Of a stretch of DNA of 64,000 nt, positions 20,875 to 29,365 are shown piece by piece. This DNA comes from an uncultured cyanobacterium (lineage in GTDB: Bacteria; Cyanobacteriota; Cyanobacteriia; Cyanobacteriales; CAWCAG01), in NCBI GenBank assembly GCA_963803805.1, contig CAWDOD010000011.1:224001-288000 (forward strand), read 5' to 3'. The notes beneath the pieces were generated by a model. The model worked only from the letters and a program-made list of their open reading frames with translations. It had not been told where the DNA came from and made no database searches. Positions within the stretch are counted from its first letter, which is position 1, and each line of letters opens with the position of its first letter. Both the position numbers and the translations under genes were made by a program.

Positions 20875-23271
20875 CTATTTTGGCCAAGTAAAACGAAAAA
20901 TTGTCCCTTCCCCCAATTGAGACTCAACTTTGATAGTTCCTCCTTGGGCTTCAACTGTTTTTTTGACAATCGATAAACCAATACCAGTATTTTCAGTTTT
21001 ATCCCTTGCTTCTAAGGTTTGGAAAATGACAAACACTTTGTCATGGTATTGTGGAGCGATACCAGAACCATCATCTTCTACTACAAACTCATAAAATTTC
21101 CCTTGGTTTGTCACAGAAATTTGCACTTTGCCATCATCACGAGGATGATGTTTAATGGCATTGCCAATTAAATTAGTGAATACCTGTTGTAAAGGTAAAC
21201 GCTTCGTTTGTAAAATCGGCATTTCTGAGGCAATGGTAATTTGAAAATTAGGTGGTGGTGCAAGAAAATCAATGATCTCTTCAAGAAGTTCACCGACAGC
21301 AACTTCTTCACTTTGAACTCGGATACGTCCGACACGAGAGTATTGTAGCAGTCCGTTAATCAGGGCTTCCATACGATGAACTCGTCCTCGTAGCAAATCC
21401 ATCTGATGCTTCGTATCCTCAGTTAGACAAGCTTCTAAATCTTCTTCAATCCACTCAGATAAATTAGCGATCGCCCGTAAAGGTGCTTTCAAATCATGGG
21501 AGGTAACGTAGGCAAATTGGTCTAATTCTTGGTTGCGTTTTTCTAGTTGAGCGGTGGTAGTGAGTAAAATAGCATTAATTCGTGCTAGTTCATCAGCCCT
21601 AGCTTGTAGGATAGCTTCATGTTGCTGACGTTCGGTAACATCATTAAGGGTTCCCGATGTACCTAAAACTTCTCCTTCAGTATTATGATAAAGTTGAGCT
21701 TCTATTTCTAACCAACGGAATTGGCCAGTTTTAGTTTGACAACGAAATGTATGTTGAAACAATTCTTGTTTTTTTGCCATCAAAGCTTGGAAAAGTTTCC
21801 AGCATTTCTGTTGATCTTCCTCTCCATAAATGTAGTTAGTGAAGGGAGTACCAAGACTGTTGGCGATAGAGAAATCAGTAATTTCCCTCCAAGCTTTATT
21901 TAAGAAAGTCCAACAACCTTCTTGATTAGTTTGGAAAATAACTTCTTTAACACTATTAACCACAGAACGATGTTTTTGTTCACTAGCCGCTAAGGCAGCT
22001 TCGGCTCGTTTGCGTCGGGTAATATCATCAAAGGCAACCCCCACACATTGATCCGGCAAAGGAAAGGCTTTGATGCTAAAGATGTTCTTGTTTCCTAGCT
22101 CATGATTATAAGCAAAACTTTCTAAAACCTTAGCTTGCCCAGAACGAATTACCTCAACATAAGTATCAATAATAATTCTATTTTCTGCCCTCAAAAGTTT
22201 GGGAAAACAATCCTTCATCATTTGACCCATTTTATCTTGAAGAGATACTCCAAGTAGTTTACTCGCAGCAGGGTTAGTTGTTACTGATTGAAAGCTATGA
22301 GGATCATCGAGATCCTTTAAGCGCCAAACCACAAAGCCGATGGGTATATTTTCAACTATATCTTGATAAATTTTATTTTCTGCTTGGGCTTGTTGGGCAA
22401 TGTTGACAGATTCATCTTTTAGGCGGTTAGCTACTTCTAGCTGAGATGTCCTTCTAGTAACCCTTGCTTCTAACTCTCGATTAAGGCGAACAATTTCTGC
22501 TTCTGCTTCCTTGCGTTCAGTAATATCTTGATGGGAACCTACCATACGCATAGGCTTACCTGTTTGATCCCACTTTGCCTTTCCTTTAGCTAAAATCCAT
22601 TTGTAACTGCCATCTTTACAGCGTAAGCGATATTCTGCTAGGTACTGAGAATTCTGGTTATGGAGATGGGCTTCTAGCTTTTCTGATACTTGGTTAAAAT
22701 CATCAGGGTGAACTAAATCGTGCCATCCTTCATAGGTATTAGGAATTTCTTCGTCGCGGTAGCCAAGTACTCCTTTTAAATTAGGAGACATAAAAGCTTC
22801 ACCAGTAACAATATTCCAATCAAAAATTCCGTCTCCTGCCCCTTCTAGCGCCAATTGCCAGCGTTCCTCACTTTTCCTCAAAGCTTCTTCTGCTTTAACT
22901 ATGGGTTCTAGGGTTCCAGCCCATTCGGTTACAGCCCCTCTTTCCCCCCTCAAAGGTTCAGCACAGGCAAGAAACTGTTCATAAATACCCTCTCTATTCC
23001 GCAAGCGAAGCTGGACTTTGTAGGTGCTTTGAGAGGGCAGTGCAGCCTGCCATTTTTGTTGCACTCCCTCTCTATCGTCTGGATGAATTGCTTGAAAAAA
23101 CTGTTCTTTTGGTACAGTAGTTGTTGTTGGGTAGATATACTCTTGCCATTTTTGATTTAAAAAAGTTATCTCTCCTGCTTGATCAGCACACCAAATTAGG
23201 TGCGGTAGTGCATCTAAAAAACGTCTGTTTTGGAAAAAATGCTCACTTTGGTGGTTGGATAAGTTGCTCAT
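20875..23271 (-). CDS. Multi-PAS sensor histidine kinase
   Basis: About four PAS/PAC domains (IHPDD, VHPDD); H-box SHDLKAPL; N-box NLIGNAIKH; DDGSGI; GIGLSIV. Confidence 0.93.
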   Translation of the reverse strand: MSNLSNHQSEHFFQNRRFLDALPHLIWCADQAGEITFLNQKWQEYIYPTTTTVPKEQFFQAIHPDDREGVQQKWQAALPSQSTYKVQLRLRNREGIYEQFLACAEPLRGERGAVTEWAGTLEPIVKAEEALRKSEERWQLALEGAGDGIFDWNIVTGEAFMSPNLKGVLGYRDEEIPNTYEGWHDLVHPDDFNQVSEKLEAHLHNQNSQYLAEYRLRCKDGSYKWILAKGKAKWDQTGKPMRMVGSHQDITERKEAEAEIVRLNRELEARVTRRTSQLEVANRLKDESVNIAQQAQAENKIYQDIVENIPIGFVVWRLKDLDDPHSFQSVTTNPAASKLLGVSLQDKMGQMMKDCFPKLLRAENRIIIDTYVEVIRSGQAKVLESFAYNHELGNKNIFSIKAFPLPDQCVGVAFDDITRRKRAEAALAASEQKHRSVVNSVKEVIFQTNQEGCWTFLNKAWREITDFSIANSLGTPFTNYIYGEEDQQKCWKLFQALMAKKQELFQHTFRCQTKTGQFRWLEIEAQLYHNTEGEVLGTSGTLNDVTERQQHEAILQARADELARINAILLTTTAQLEKRNQELDQFAYVTSHDLKAPLRAIANLSEWIEEDLEACLTEDTKHQMDLLRGRVHRMEALINGLLQYSRVGRIRVQSEEVAVGELLEEIIDFLAPPPNFQITIASEMPILQTKRLPLQQVFTNLIGNAIKHHPRDDGKVQISVTNQGKFYEFVVEDDGSGIAPQYHDKVFVIFQTLEARDKTENTGIGLSIVKKTVEAQGGTIKVESQLGEGTIFRFTWPK

Positions 23272-23476
23272 GGTGAAGTGTGGTTTTTGGTTATCCCTTA
23301 GACGACAGGCAGCATTATGGTTTATAAATGGGGTAAAAGTGCGTAGATAAAATACCAATGGCTATTAATATTTCTTAGCCAATGACCAATTCAGGTGGTA
23401 TATTATTGCGGCGCAACTCTCAAGGCAGATTACTAGATTTCTGTTAGAGAAAATTTAATTTTATACTGAATTAATA

Positions 23477-24199
23477 ATGAGTAAGATTCGCGTCGTTGTA
23501 ATTGAAGATCATAACCTGAGTCGAGTTGGTTTATGTGCAGCCCTACGACAAGATGAAGGTATTGAGGTGGTAGGTGATGCAGCCAATGCTAGCCAAGGAT
23601 TACAAGTTTTAGAAGCTACCCAGCCAGATGTGGCAATTATTGATATTGGCTTGCCAGATCGTGATGGTATTGAGCTAACGCAGCAACTGAAGCAAGCCCA
23701 AGGAGGTTTGAAAGAAGCTAAAACCAAGGTTTTGATCTTAACAATGCACAAGAATGAAGACTCTGTTTTAGCCGCTTTTGCTGCTGGGGCAGATTCTTAT
23801 AGTATTAAAGATATTAGTGTAGAAAATTTAATTCAGGCGATCAAGTTAACTAACGAAGGAAATTCTTGGATAGATCCTACCATAGCCCGTGTGGTTCTTA
23901 AACAAGCACGTCATAACAAGCCTGGTGCAAACGTTATAGTCAATGGTGAAGATTCCCAAAGAATTAAGGCTATTGAGCCAGAATATGAGCAAGTTTTAGA
24001 GACATACCCTTTGACTAATCGGGAATTAGAAATTTTGGAGCTAATAGTAGCAGGATGTAGCAATGCTCAAATTGCTGAGAAGCTATTTATCACCGTGGGT
24101 ACAGTTAAAACCCATGTTCGTAATATTTTGAGTAAGCTTTGTGCTGATGATCGTACTCAAGCTGCGGTAAGGGCATTACGTTCCGGGCTAGTTAGATAA
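23477..24199 (+). CDS. NarL/LuxR-family response regulator
   Basis: REC domain (IEDH, DIGLP) plus LuxR HTH (LTNRELEIL...TVKTHVRNILSKL). Confidence 0.93.
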   Translation: MSKIRVVVIEDHNLSRVGLCAALRQDEGIEVVGDAANASQGLQVLEATQPDVAIIDIGLPDRDGIELTQQLKQAQGGLKEAKTKVLILTMHKNEDSVLAAFAAGADSYSIKDISVENLIQAIKLTNEGNSWIDPTIARVVLKQARHNKPGANVIVNGEDSQRIKAIEPEYEQVLETYPLTNRELEILELIVAGCSNAQIAEKLFITVGTVKTHVRNILSKLCADDRTQAAVRALRSGLVR

Positions 24200-24330
24200 A
24201 AAGAATCTGGTGGGATTTCCATTTAGTTATTAAGTAAAAAAAGAAGAGATTTTAAATCCCTCCTTCTTAATACTTTAGCCGTAAAAATCTCTAGGTTAAA
24301 AAGCTAGTAGAAAGCTGGCAAAAACTAAAT

Positions 24331-24513
24331 TTAATCAATAGCTTTCTTGACTTTATCTTTAGCATCTTCTACGCTATGGCGAGCTGCTGCTTCTGCTTGC
24401 TTGGCTTTACCTTCGGCTTTATCTTCAGGATCACCAGTTACTTTTCCCATCATTTCTTGGGCTTTTCCTTCAACATTTTTAGCTGTTGCTTTGGCTTTAT
24501 CTTCAGTACTCAT
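24331..24513 (-). CDS. CsbD-family general stress protein
   Basis: EGKAQE..GKVTGD.EDKAEGKAKQ CsbD pattern; GAGG RBS. Confidence 0.88.
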   Translation of the reverse strand: MSTEDKAKATAKNVEGKAQEMMGKVTGDPEDKAEGKAKQAEAAARHSVEDAKDKVKKAID

Positions 24514-24829
24514 GATTGATTAACCTCATATTGCTTATATAATGAAAACCTGAGAAAACAGACTTTTCATTAAGTTTTTATTTGTTATTAGTAACCTAAC
24601 AAATTTGATTCTTCTTAGGCTTCCACCTGAAGTAATATTGAAAGAAATAAAAAACTAACTATTTAGTTATAGAAAATTAGTTTGAAGCAACTTTTCATCC
24701 CAAAGAGGTAGTAATAACAATTTTTAAGCAAAGTGGATTCTCTCTTCTGAACGAGCAAATATAGCTGAAAATGTTTTATAAGTTAATGAGGACAACCTAA
24801 AATACAAGTTATGAGGAATCAAAAAAAAC

Positions 24830-25261
24830 ATGATGAAAACTTTCTTTTTTAGCAAAAAACTTATTCAAAGAAGCCAAAATTGGTTAGTAAGTATCTTATT
24901 TTTATTCGGCCTTACCTTATTCAGTACAGTATTTTTACCTTCTTCACTAACCGCTAACGCAGCTACTTTAAACTCACCTCAACTTCTCTCAACTGTTAGC
25001 ACAATTAATGAAGCTAAAGAAGAAGCAGGAGAAGCTTTTAATAATGTTTTTGGTGCGGGAAGTACCGACCAAGTAGAAGGTAATTTTGATAAAGCAGTTG
25101 GTAAAACTCAACAAAATTTGCGAGGTGCAGATAACACTATAGAAGGTGCTGCTAAGCGAGTTAAAGGTAAAGTTCAAAGTGATATTGGCGCAACTAAAGG
25201 TAAAGCACAAGAAGCCGCAGAAGATACTGGTAATGTTTTAGAGAGAATCTTTGGTGACTAG
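24830..25261 (+). CDS. Secreted or membrane-anchored CsbD/LEA-like protein
   Basis: N-terminal hydrophobic segment, then hydrophilic EG.AK...GK.Q repeats. Confidence 0.7.
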   Translation: MMKTFFFSKKLIQRSQNWLVSILFLFGLTLFSTVFLPSSLTANAATLNSPQLLSTVSTINEAKEEAGEAFNNVFGAGSTDQVEGNFDKAVGKTQQNLRGADNTIEGAAKRVKGKVQSDIGATKGKAQEAAEDTGNVLERIFGD

Positions 25262-25320
25262 AATTGTCCGTTTTCTAAATACAAACTATATAGTTTGATT
25301 TTCGTATAGTTGCAGTTGTT

Positions 25321-25360
25321 AAATAGGGAAAAAATAGACCATTTTTTCCCTATTTTATTT
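25321..25360 (+). terminator. Intrinsic terminator
   Basis: AAATAGGGAAAAAAT/ATTTTTTCCCTATTT stem with T-rich tail. Confidence 0.65.
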
Positions 25361-25365
25361 TATGG

Positions 25366-25476
25366 TAAGCTGATGTGCATTTAAACTGTGTATTACTCAA
25401 CTAGGAAATAAGCCCTAAAACCCTCCCCCTATCTCCCCATCAAACCTAATAAGTAAATTAAATGCCTGACAGCTTA
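25366..25476 (+). mobile_element. 111-bp MITE (including flanking TA dinucleotides), copy 1
   Basis: Identical inverted copy at 57697-57807; imperfect TIRs TAAGCTGATGTGCATTTAA / TAAGCTGTCAGGCATTTAA; no ORF. Confidence 0.85.
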
Positions 25477-26979
25477 TTACCCTTCTAAATCCCCTTCCAT
25501 AACAGTTGCGATCGCAGTTTTAGTATTAGCTTTAAACTCAGCTACATCCACTCGATTGAGGAGATAAATAGCCACAAGCATACCTAAAGCTTGGATCGCA
25601 AATACCAAACCATAGGCAAGCACAGGGTTTTTAAAAACTTGCTTACCAATATCTAAAACCACACCACCCAAAGAAGTAGCTAACCCCCTAGACATAGCTT
25701 GTGCCAAACCCCAAGCCCCGATAAAAGTACCAGCACTTTCTACCGCTGTTAAATCTAACATCAAACTAATACTGCCAATGGTGGCAATCCCGGCGGCTAT
25801 ACCAAACAAAAACACCGCACTTTTGAGAATATTTTCCTCTTGGGTAAAGCCAGCCAAAATAATTAAGCAAAAACAAATAGCAATCAGCAAACAACCAATT
25901 TTGGCAGTTAATTTTTTTCCTAAACGTGGCACGACTAAAAAACCAGTTGTACCATAACCCAACAAAATTCCTAGTCCCCAAAAAGCATTTAACTGAGTTG
26001 TTTCAGCGATAGACATACCAAAAACCTCACCGCCATAGGGTTCTAAAACCACTTCTTGCATAAATAAGCTAATGGTAAAAACTAGTAGGAAGGAAAAGAA
26101 AATTCCTGTTTGACGACTGGCAGTTAAAATTTTCAGGGATTTTCTGAGGGTCATACTATCTTCTCTTTCTGTAAAGGAAGAACGAACAGAGAAACGAGAA
26201 TATTTTTTTTCTACTCCTAAAGTAGCTATCAATGCTAGGGCGAAAACAACAATCGGGACAATAAGAAAAAGTTTGTTGAGGGGATTTTGCAAAACCTCTA
26301 GGGGAGTATCAATCATCTTTTCCCCCACTAACAAGCTACTACCAACATTAGCCCCTAAAACAATGCCAGATTGTTGAACTTTTTTTAAAAGAATGCCACC
26401 ACTGATGCCACCAATGACGATACCAACCATCAACATTGACCAAACTACAGAAACAATTTTCGAGCGGTTATCTTCTTCAGAAATATCTACCAACATGGCG
26501 GTAAAAGGGGTTGAACTAGAACTTAGTGCCAAACCAAAACAGACAAAAAGCAAAGCTAGCAAACCTGTCCACCCCATAGTGGCAGTATTCCAAACCCAAC
26601 CACCATTAGCACGGACTAAACTACCAAGTTGCCACACTACTTGTACTGCGAAAAACACAGCTAAGCCTAATAAAGCGGTTCCCAAGCGTACATAATTGGT
26701 ACGATGTCTACCAAACAACTTCTTAGAATCTGATAGCTGTCCAAACCAAACCCTAGCTGGAGAGACAAATTGCTGCATAGCCACCACTACACCAGTTATG
26801 GTAGCAGGAATACCCAACTCACTAATCATCACCCGGTTAAGAATTGCTAGGGTTAGCACTGACATTAATCCCAGCCCTAGGTTAAACAAACCAAGGCGAA
26901 ACATCGTAATTAAGTCAACTCTCGGAATTTTCCTAGAGTCGAAGTTTGTTTGTAGATTAGGAATATCGCCAGTAGTCAT
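25477..26979 (-). CDS. pucC: PucC/BCD-family MFS transporter
   Basis: RLGLF, LNRVMISELG.P, G..SD, LEPYGG.VFGM, GAWGLAQA motifs. Confidence 0.9.
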   Translation of the reverse strand: MTTGDIPNLQTNFDSRKIPRVDLITMFRLGLFNLGLGLMSVLTLAILNRVMISELGIPATITGVVVAMQQFVSPARVWFGQLSDSKKLFGRHRTNYVRLGTALLGLAVFFAVQVVWQLGSLVRANGGWVWNTATMGWTGLLALLFVCFGLALSSSSTPFTAMLVDISEEDNRSKIVSVVWSMLMVGIVIGGISGGILLKKVQQSGIVLGANVGSSLLVGEKMIDTPLEVLQNPLNKLFLIVPIVVFALALIATLGVEKKYSRFSVRSSFTEREDSMTLRKSLKILTASRQTGIFFSFLLVFTISLFMQEVVLEPYGGEVFGMSIAETTQLNAFWGLGILLGYGTTGFLVVPRLGKKLTAKIGCLLIAICFCLIILAGFTQEENILKSAVFLFGIAAGIATIGSISLMLDLTAVESAGTFIGAWGLAQAMSRGLATSLGGVVLDIGKQVFKNPVLAYGLVFAIQALGMLVAIYLLNRVDVAEFKANTKTAIATVMEGDLEG

Positions 26980-27193
26980 ATTCAGATCCGTTTGAACAGT
27001 TACAGTTTAATTTTTAAGCTAAGGGGGGAAGTAGTAAGTAAAGATATACTGCCCTCCGCCAAGCTAACTTAATAGGGGCTTGCTTAAAAGCTTGGAACAT
27101 CATCCCCATAATTCCGAATCTGTATTCGCCTCCGGCAATTTTAACCGATGATTAGTAAAATGTTCGGCTTTTAGGTAAGCTTTTATCAATTTT

Positions 27194-28690
27194 TCACAAT
27201 GCCAAAGACATCAGACTTGCCACCATCTCCTTATCTGCTAACTCGCGTATCTCATCATTAACCAAAGGATAAAGTAAATCGTATACTTCCGGGTGAGCAT
27301 TTTTTGCTGCCAACAATAAAGGTGTTTCTCCCACACTCCAAGCATTTACATTTGCCCCAAACTCTAACAAAATTTGCACAACTTCTTTGTAACCTTGGTT
27401 AGAAGCAGACATCAAAGCTGTCCAACAATCTTCTTCATAAGCATCAACTTCTGCCCCAGCTTCAAGCAGAATGCGTACAACCTCTTCATGTCCGCCGTTT
27501 GCAGCCTCATGTAAAGGCAGACAGTCAAAACCATTGTTAACATTAGCCCCCGCAGCAACTAACTCACAAACTATTTCTAGCAAGCCTTGTTTTGCAGCAA
27601 AAACTAAAGGTGGTGTCTCGTACCAAACTGAAGCTTGAACTTTCGCCCCTAACCTAAGCAGTGTTTGCACAGCATTTAGGTTTTCACTCATCACCGCAGC
27701 GATAAGCGGTGTGACGTTTTCAGGAGTTTCAGCAAAATATTCTGGTGAGTCGAAACTATCTTCTGTTTCTCTACCTTCTTGCCTTTGCAAATACTCATCT
27801 AACATCACCGCCACAGCAGATAAATCTGAGAAAATATTTTGGGGATTGCCGTGGTGAGGTTGTAGTTGAGTGATGTAGTTGTGATGATGTTCTAATAAAG
27901 TATTGGTAGGACAGCAGGGATGAGAATAACGCCAGAGTCGAGAAAATTCCCTTTCTGCTTCTAATTCTGTGGTGGTAGTAGTCAGAAAAGTCTCATCAGT
28001 AAAGCAAGTCACAAAATCTACTCCCCCGAAGCATTTATCCATTTTCATTACCACCCCACAAACAGACTCATCAGGGGAACCATAGCCATAGCTAATTACA
28101 TCCCGAAAATGAGAAAAGGTCAATTTCCCTAAAAGTTGAAACCCTAAACTTTGCAACTCTTTATTAATTTCCTGAATTGGCTCTATTTCTTGGTGGCAAA
28201 TGGTTTCAAGATCCCTGCCATAATAAGTTCCATGTTCTCCGGTGAAGAGAATTTTCTTTTTACTAGGAGTTGTTGCCACCGGAGCAATTTCAATCTCTCT
28301 ATGCTCCTCATTTTTTGGGGAACCTTTTCCTAAAAGCGCTTTGATAAACTTAGTAAAGCTAGCATAAAAATTGCTTGTCTCTGGCTCAACATTCTTTATT
28401 GCTTCAGTGATAAATTCCTCTAAGTCATCATCTTCTAGTGTCTCAAACAAACAATCTTCAGAATCAAAATCAACAAGTTGAGAAGCTAAATTTACCTGCG
28501 CCCCCGCAGCTACTAATAACTCAATTATGGCCACATTACCTTGACTAGCTGCCAACACTAAAGCAGTTTGTCCCTTTTCATCTATGCTGTTAGCAGGAAC
28601 TTTTAACTCCTCAAGGATATATTTCACTTGTGCGATATTAACTGAGTGGATCGCCTCAAATAAACTTTGAACTTGGGGGTCTATGGCCAT
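27194..28690 (-). CDS. Ankyrin-repeat protein with a central non-ankyrin insert
   Basis: GQTALVLAASQGN at the N-terminus; TPLIAAV, PLHEAANGGH, TALMSASNQG and TPLLLAA repeats at the C-terminus. Confidence 0.88.
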   Translation of the reverse strand: MAIDPQVQSLFEAIHSVNIAQVKYILEELKVPANSIDEKGQTALVLAASQGNVAIIELLVAAGAQVNLASQLVDFDSEDCLFETLEDDDLEEFITEAIKNVEPETSNFYASFTKFIKALLGKGSPKNEEHREIEIAPVATTPSKKKILFTGEHGTYYGRDLETICHQEIEPIQEINKELQSLGFQLLGKLTFSHFRDVISYGYGSPDESVCGVVMKMDKCFGGVDFVTCFTDETFLTTTTTELEAEREFSRLWRYSHPCCPTNTLLEHHHNYITQLQPHHGNPQNIFSDLSAVAVMLDEYLQRQEGRETEDSFDSPEYFAETPENVTPLIAAVMSENLNAVQTLLRLGAKVQASVWYETPPLVFAAKQGLLEIVCELVAAGANVNNGFDCLPLHEAANGGHEEVVRILLEAGAEVDAYEEDCWTALMSASNQGYKEVVQILLEFGANVNAWSVGETPLLLAAKNAHPEVYDLLYPLVNDEIRELADKEMVASLMSLAL

Positions 28691-28793
28691 AATTCCTCGC
28701 TCCCTTTTATAAGATTGAGCATACCCCAATTCTTGACAAGAGTTTCTAATAAAGATGCTTAACAGTTAGAAATTTAGCAGTTTTTAGGTTGGG

Positions 28794-28825
28794 GCGATCG
28801 CAAAGCGTCTCCGTAAGAGAATTGC
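28794..28825. repeat. HIP1-associated small dispersed repeat-like element
   Basis: GCGATCGCAAAGCGTCTCCGTAAGAGAATTGC; related GCGTCTCCGCAAGGAGAAAC at 62075. Confidence 0.55.
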
Positions 28826-28839
28826 CTTTTCTCAATTGA

Positions 28840-29064
28840 CTAAAATTTATTTTGATTGAGCCATTGTAGCAAAATAAACAATAACCGAATCAATGCGATC
28901 GCAATTGTCGCTTCTGGATTTAGCCAGCTTATCAGGGTGATTGTCGTGATGGCGATCGCTTTTAAGAGAGAGGGATTGATTTTAGGTTTCTTTGGTGGTT
29001 GAGGTTTGGTAACACAAGGAACAACAATTATGATTTTGGTTTCGGGTTGCTTGACAGGTTTCAT
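28840..29064 (-). CDS. Small membrane protein, hypothetical (Pro/Lys-rich N-terminus, two hydrophobic helices)
   Basis: 74-aa ORF, divergent from the Roco gene. Confidence 0.65.
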   Translation of the reverse strand: MKPVKQPETKIIIVVPCVTKPQPPKKPKINPSLLKAIAITTITLISWLNPEATIAIALIRLLFILLQWLNQNKF

Positions 29065-29365
29065 GAGTTTGCTTGGTTTGCATTTGATTAATTACAAACC
29101 TACAAACTTTGAAATTGAGGCGAAAGAGCTAGTAAATGCGAGTAGATAAAAGCATTTTCACGCATTGTTTTGCAGAGGCTTATTTATTAGTGACTCGGCT
29201 AAAATTGTCTGTTAGGGCGGGTTTATTTGGTTTAATGTTAATCTCAGGATTAGACTCGCGCCCCTGCTGTTGGAAGATTTTATGCCTGTCATGCCGCTAT
29301 AAATACTCGCGCACTTATACGCATTGTTTCGTTAAATTAGAGAAAGTTTTAGTGGCTACCTACCC

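Noticed and set aside
27000-27190. Short open stretch after the ankyrin gene as a frameshifted C-terminus
   Set aside because: No ankyrin or other recognisable motif; cannot be supported
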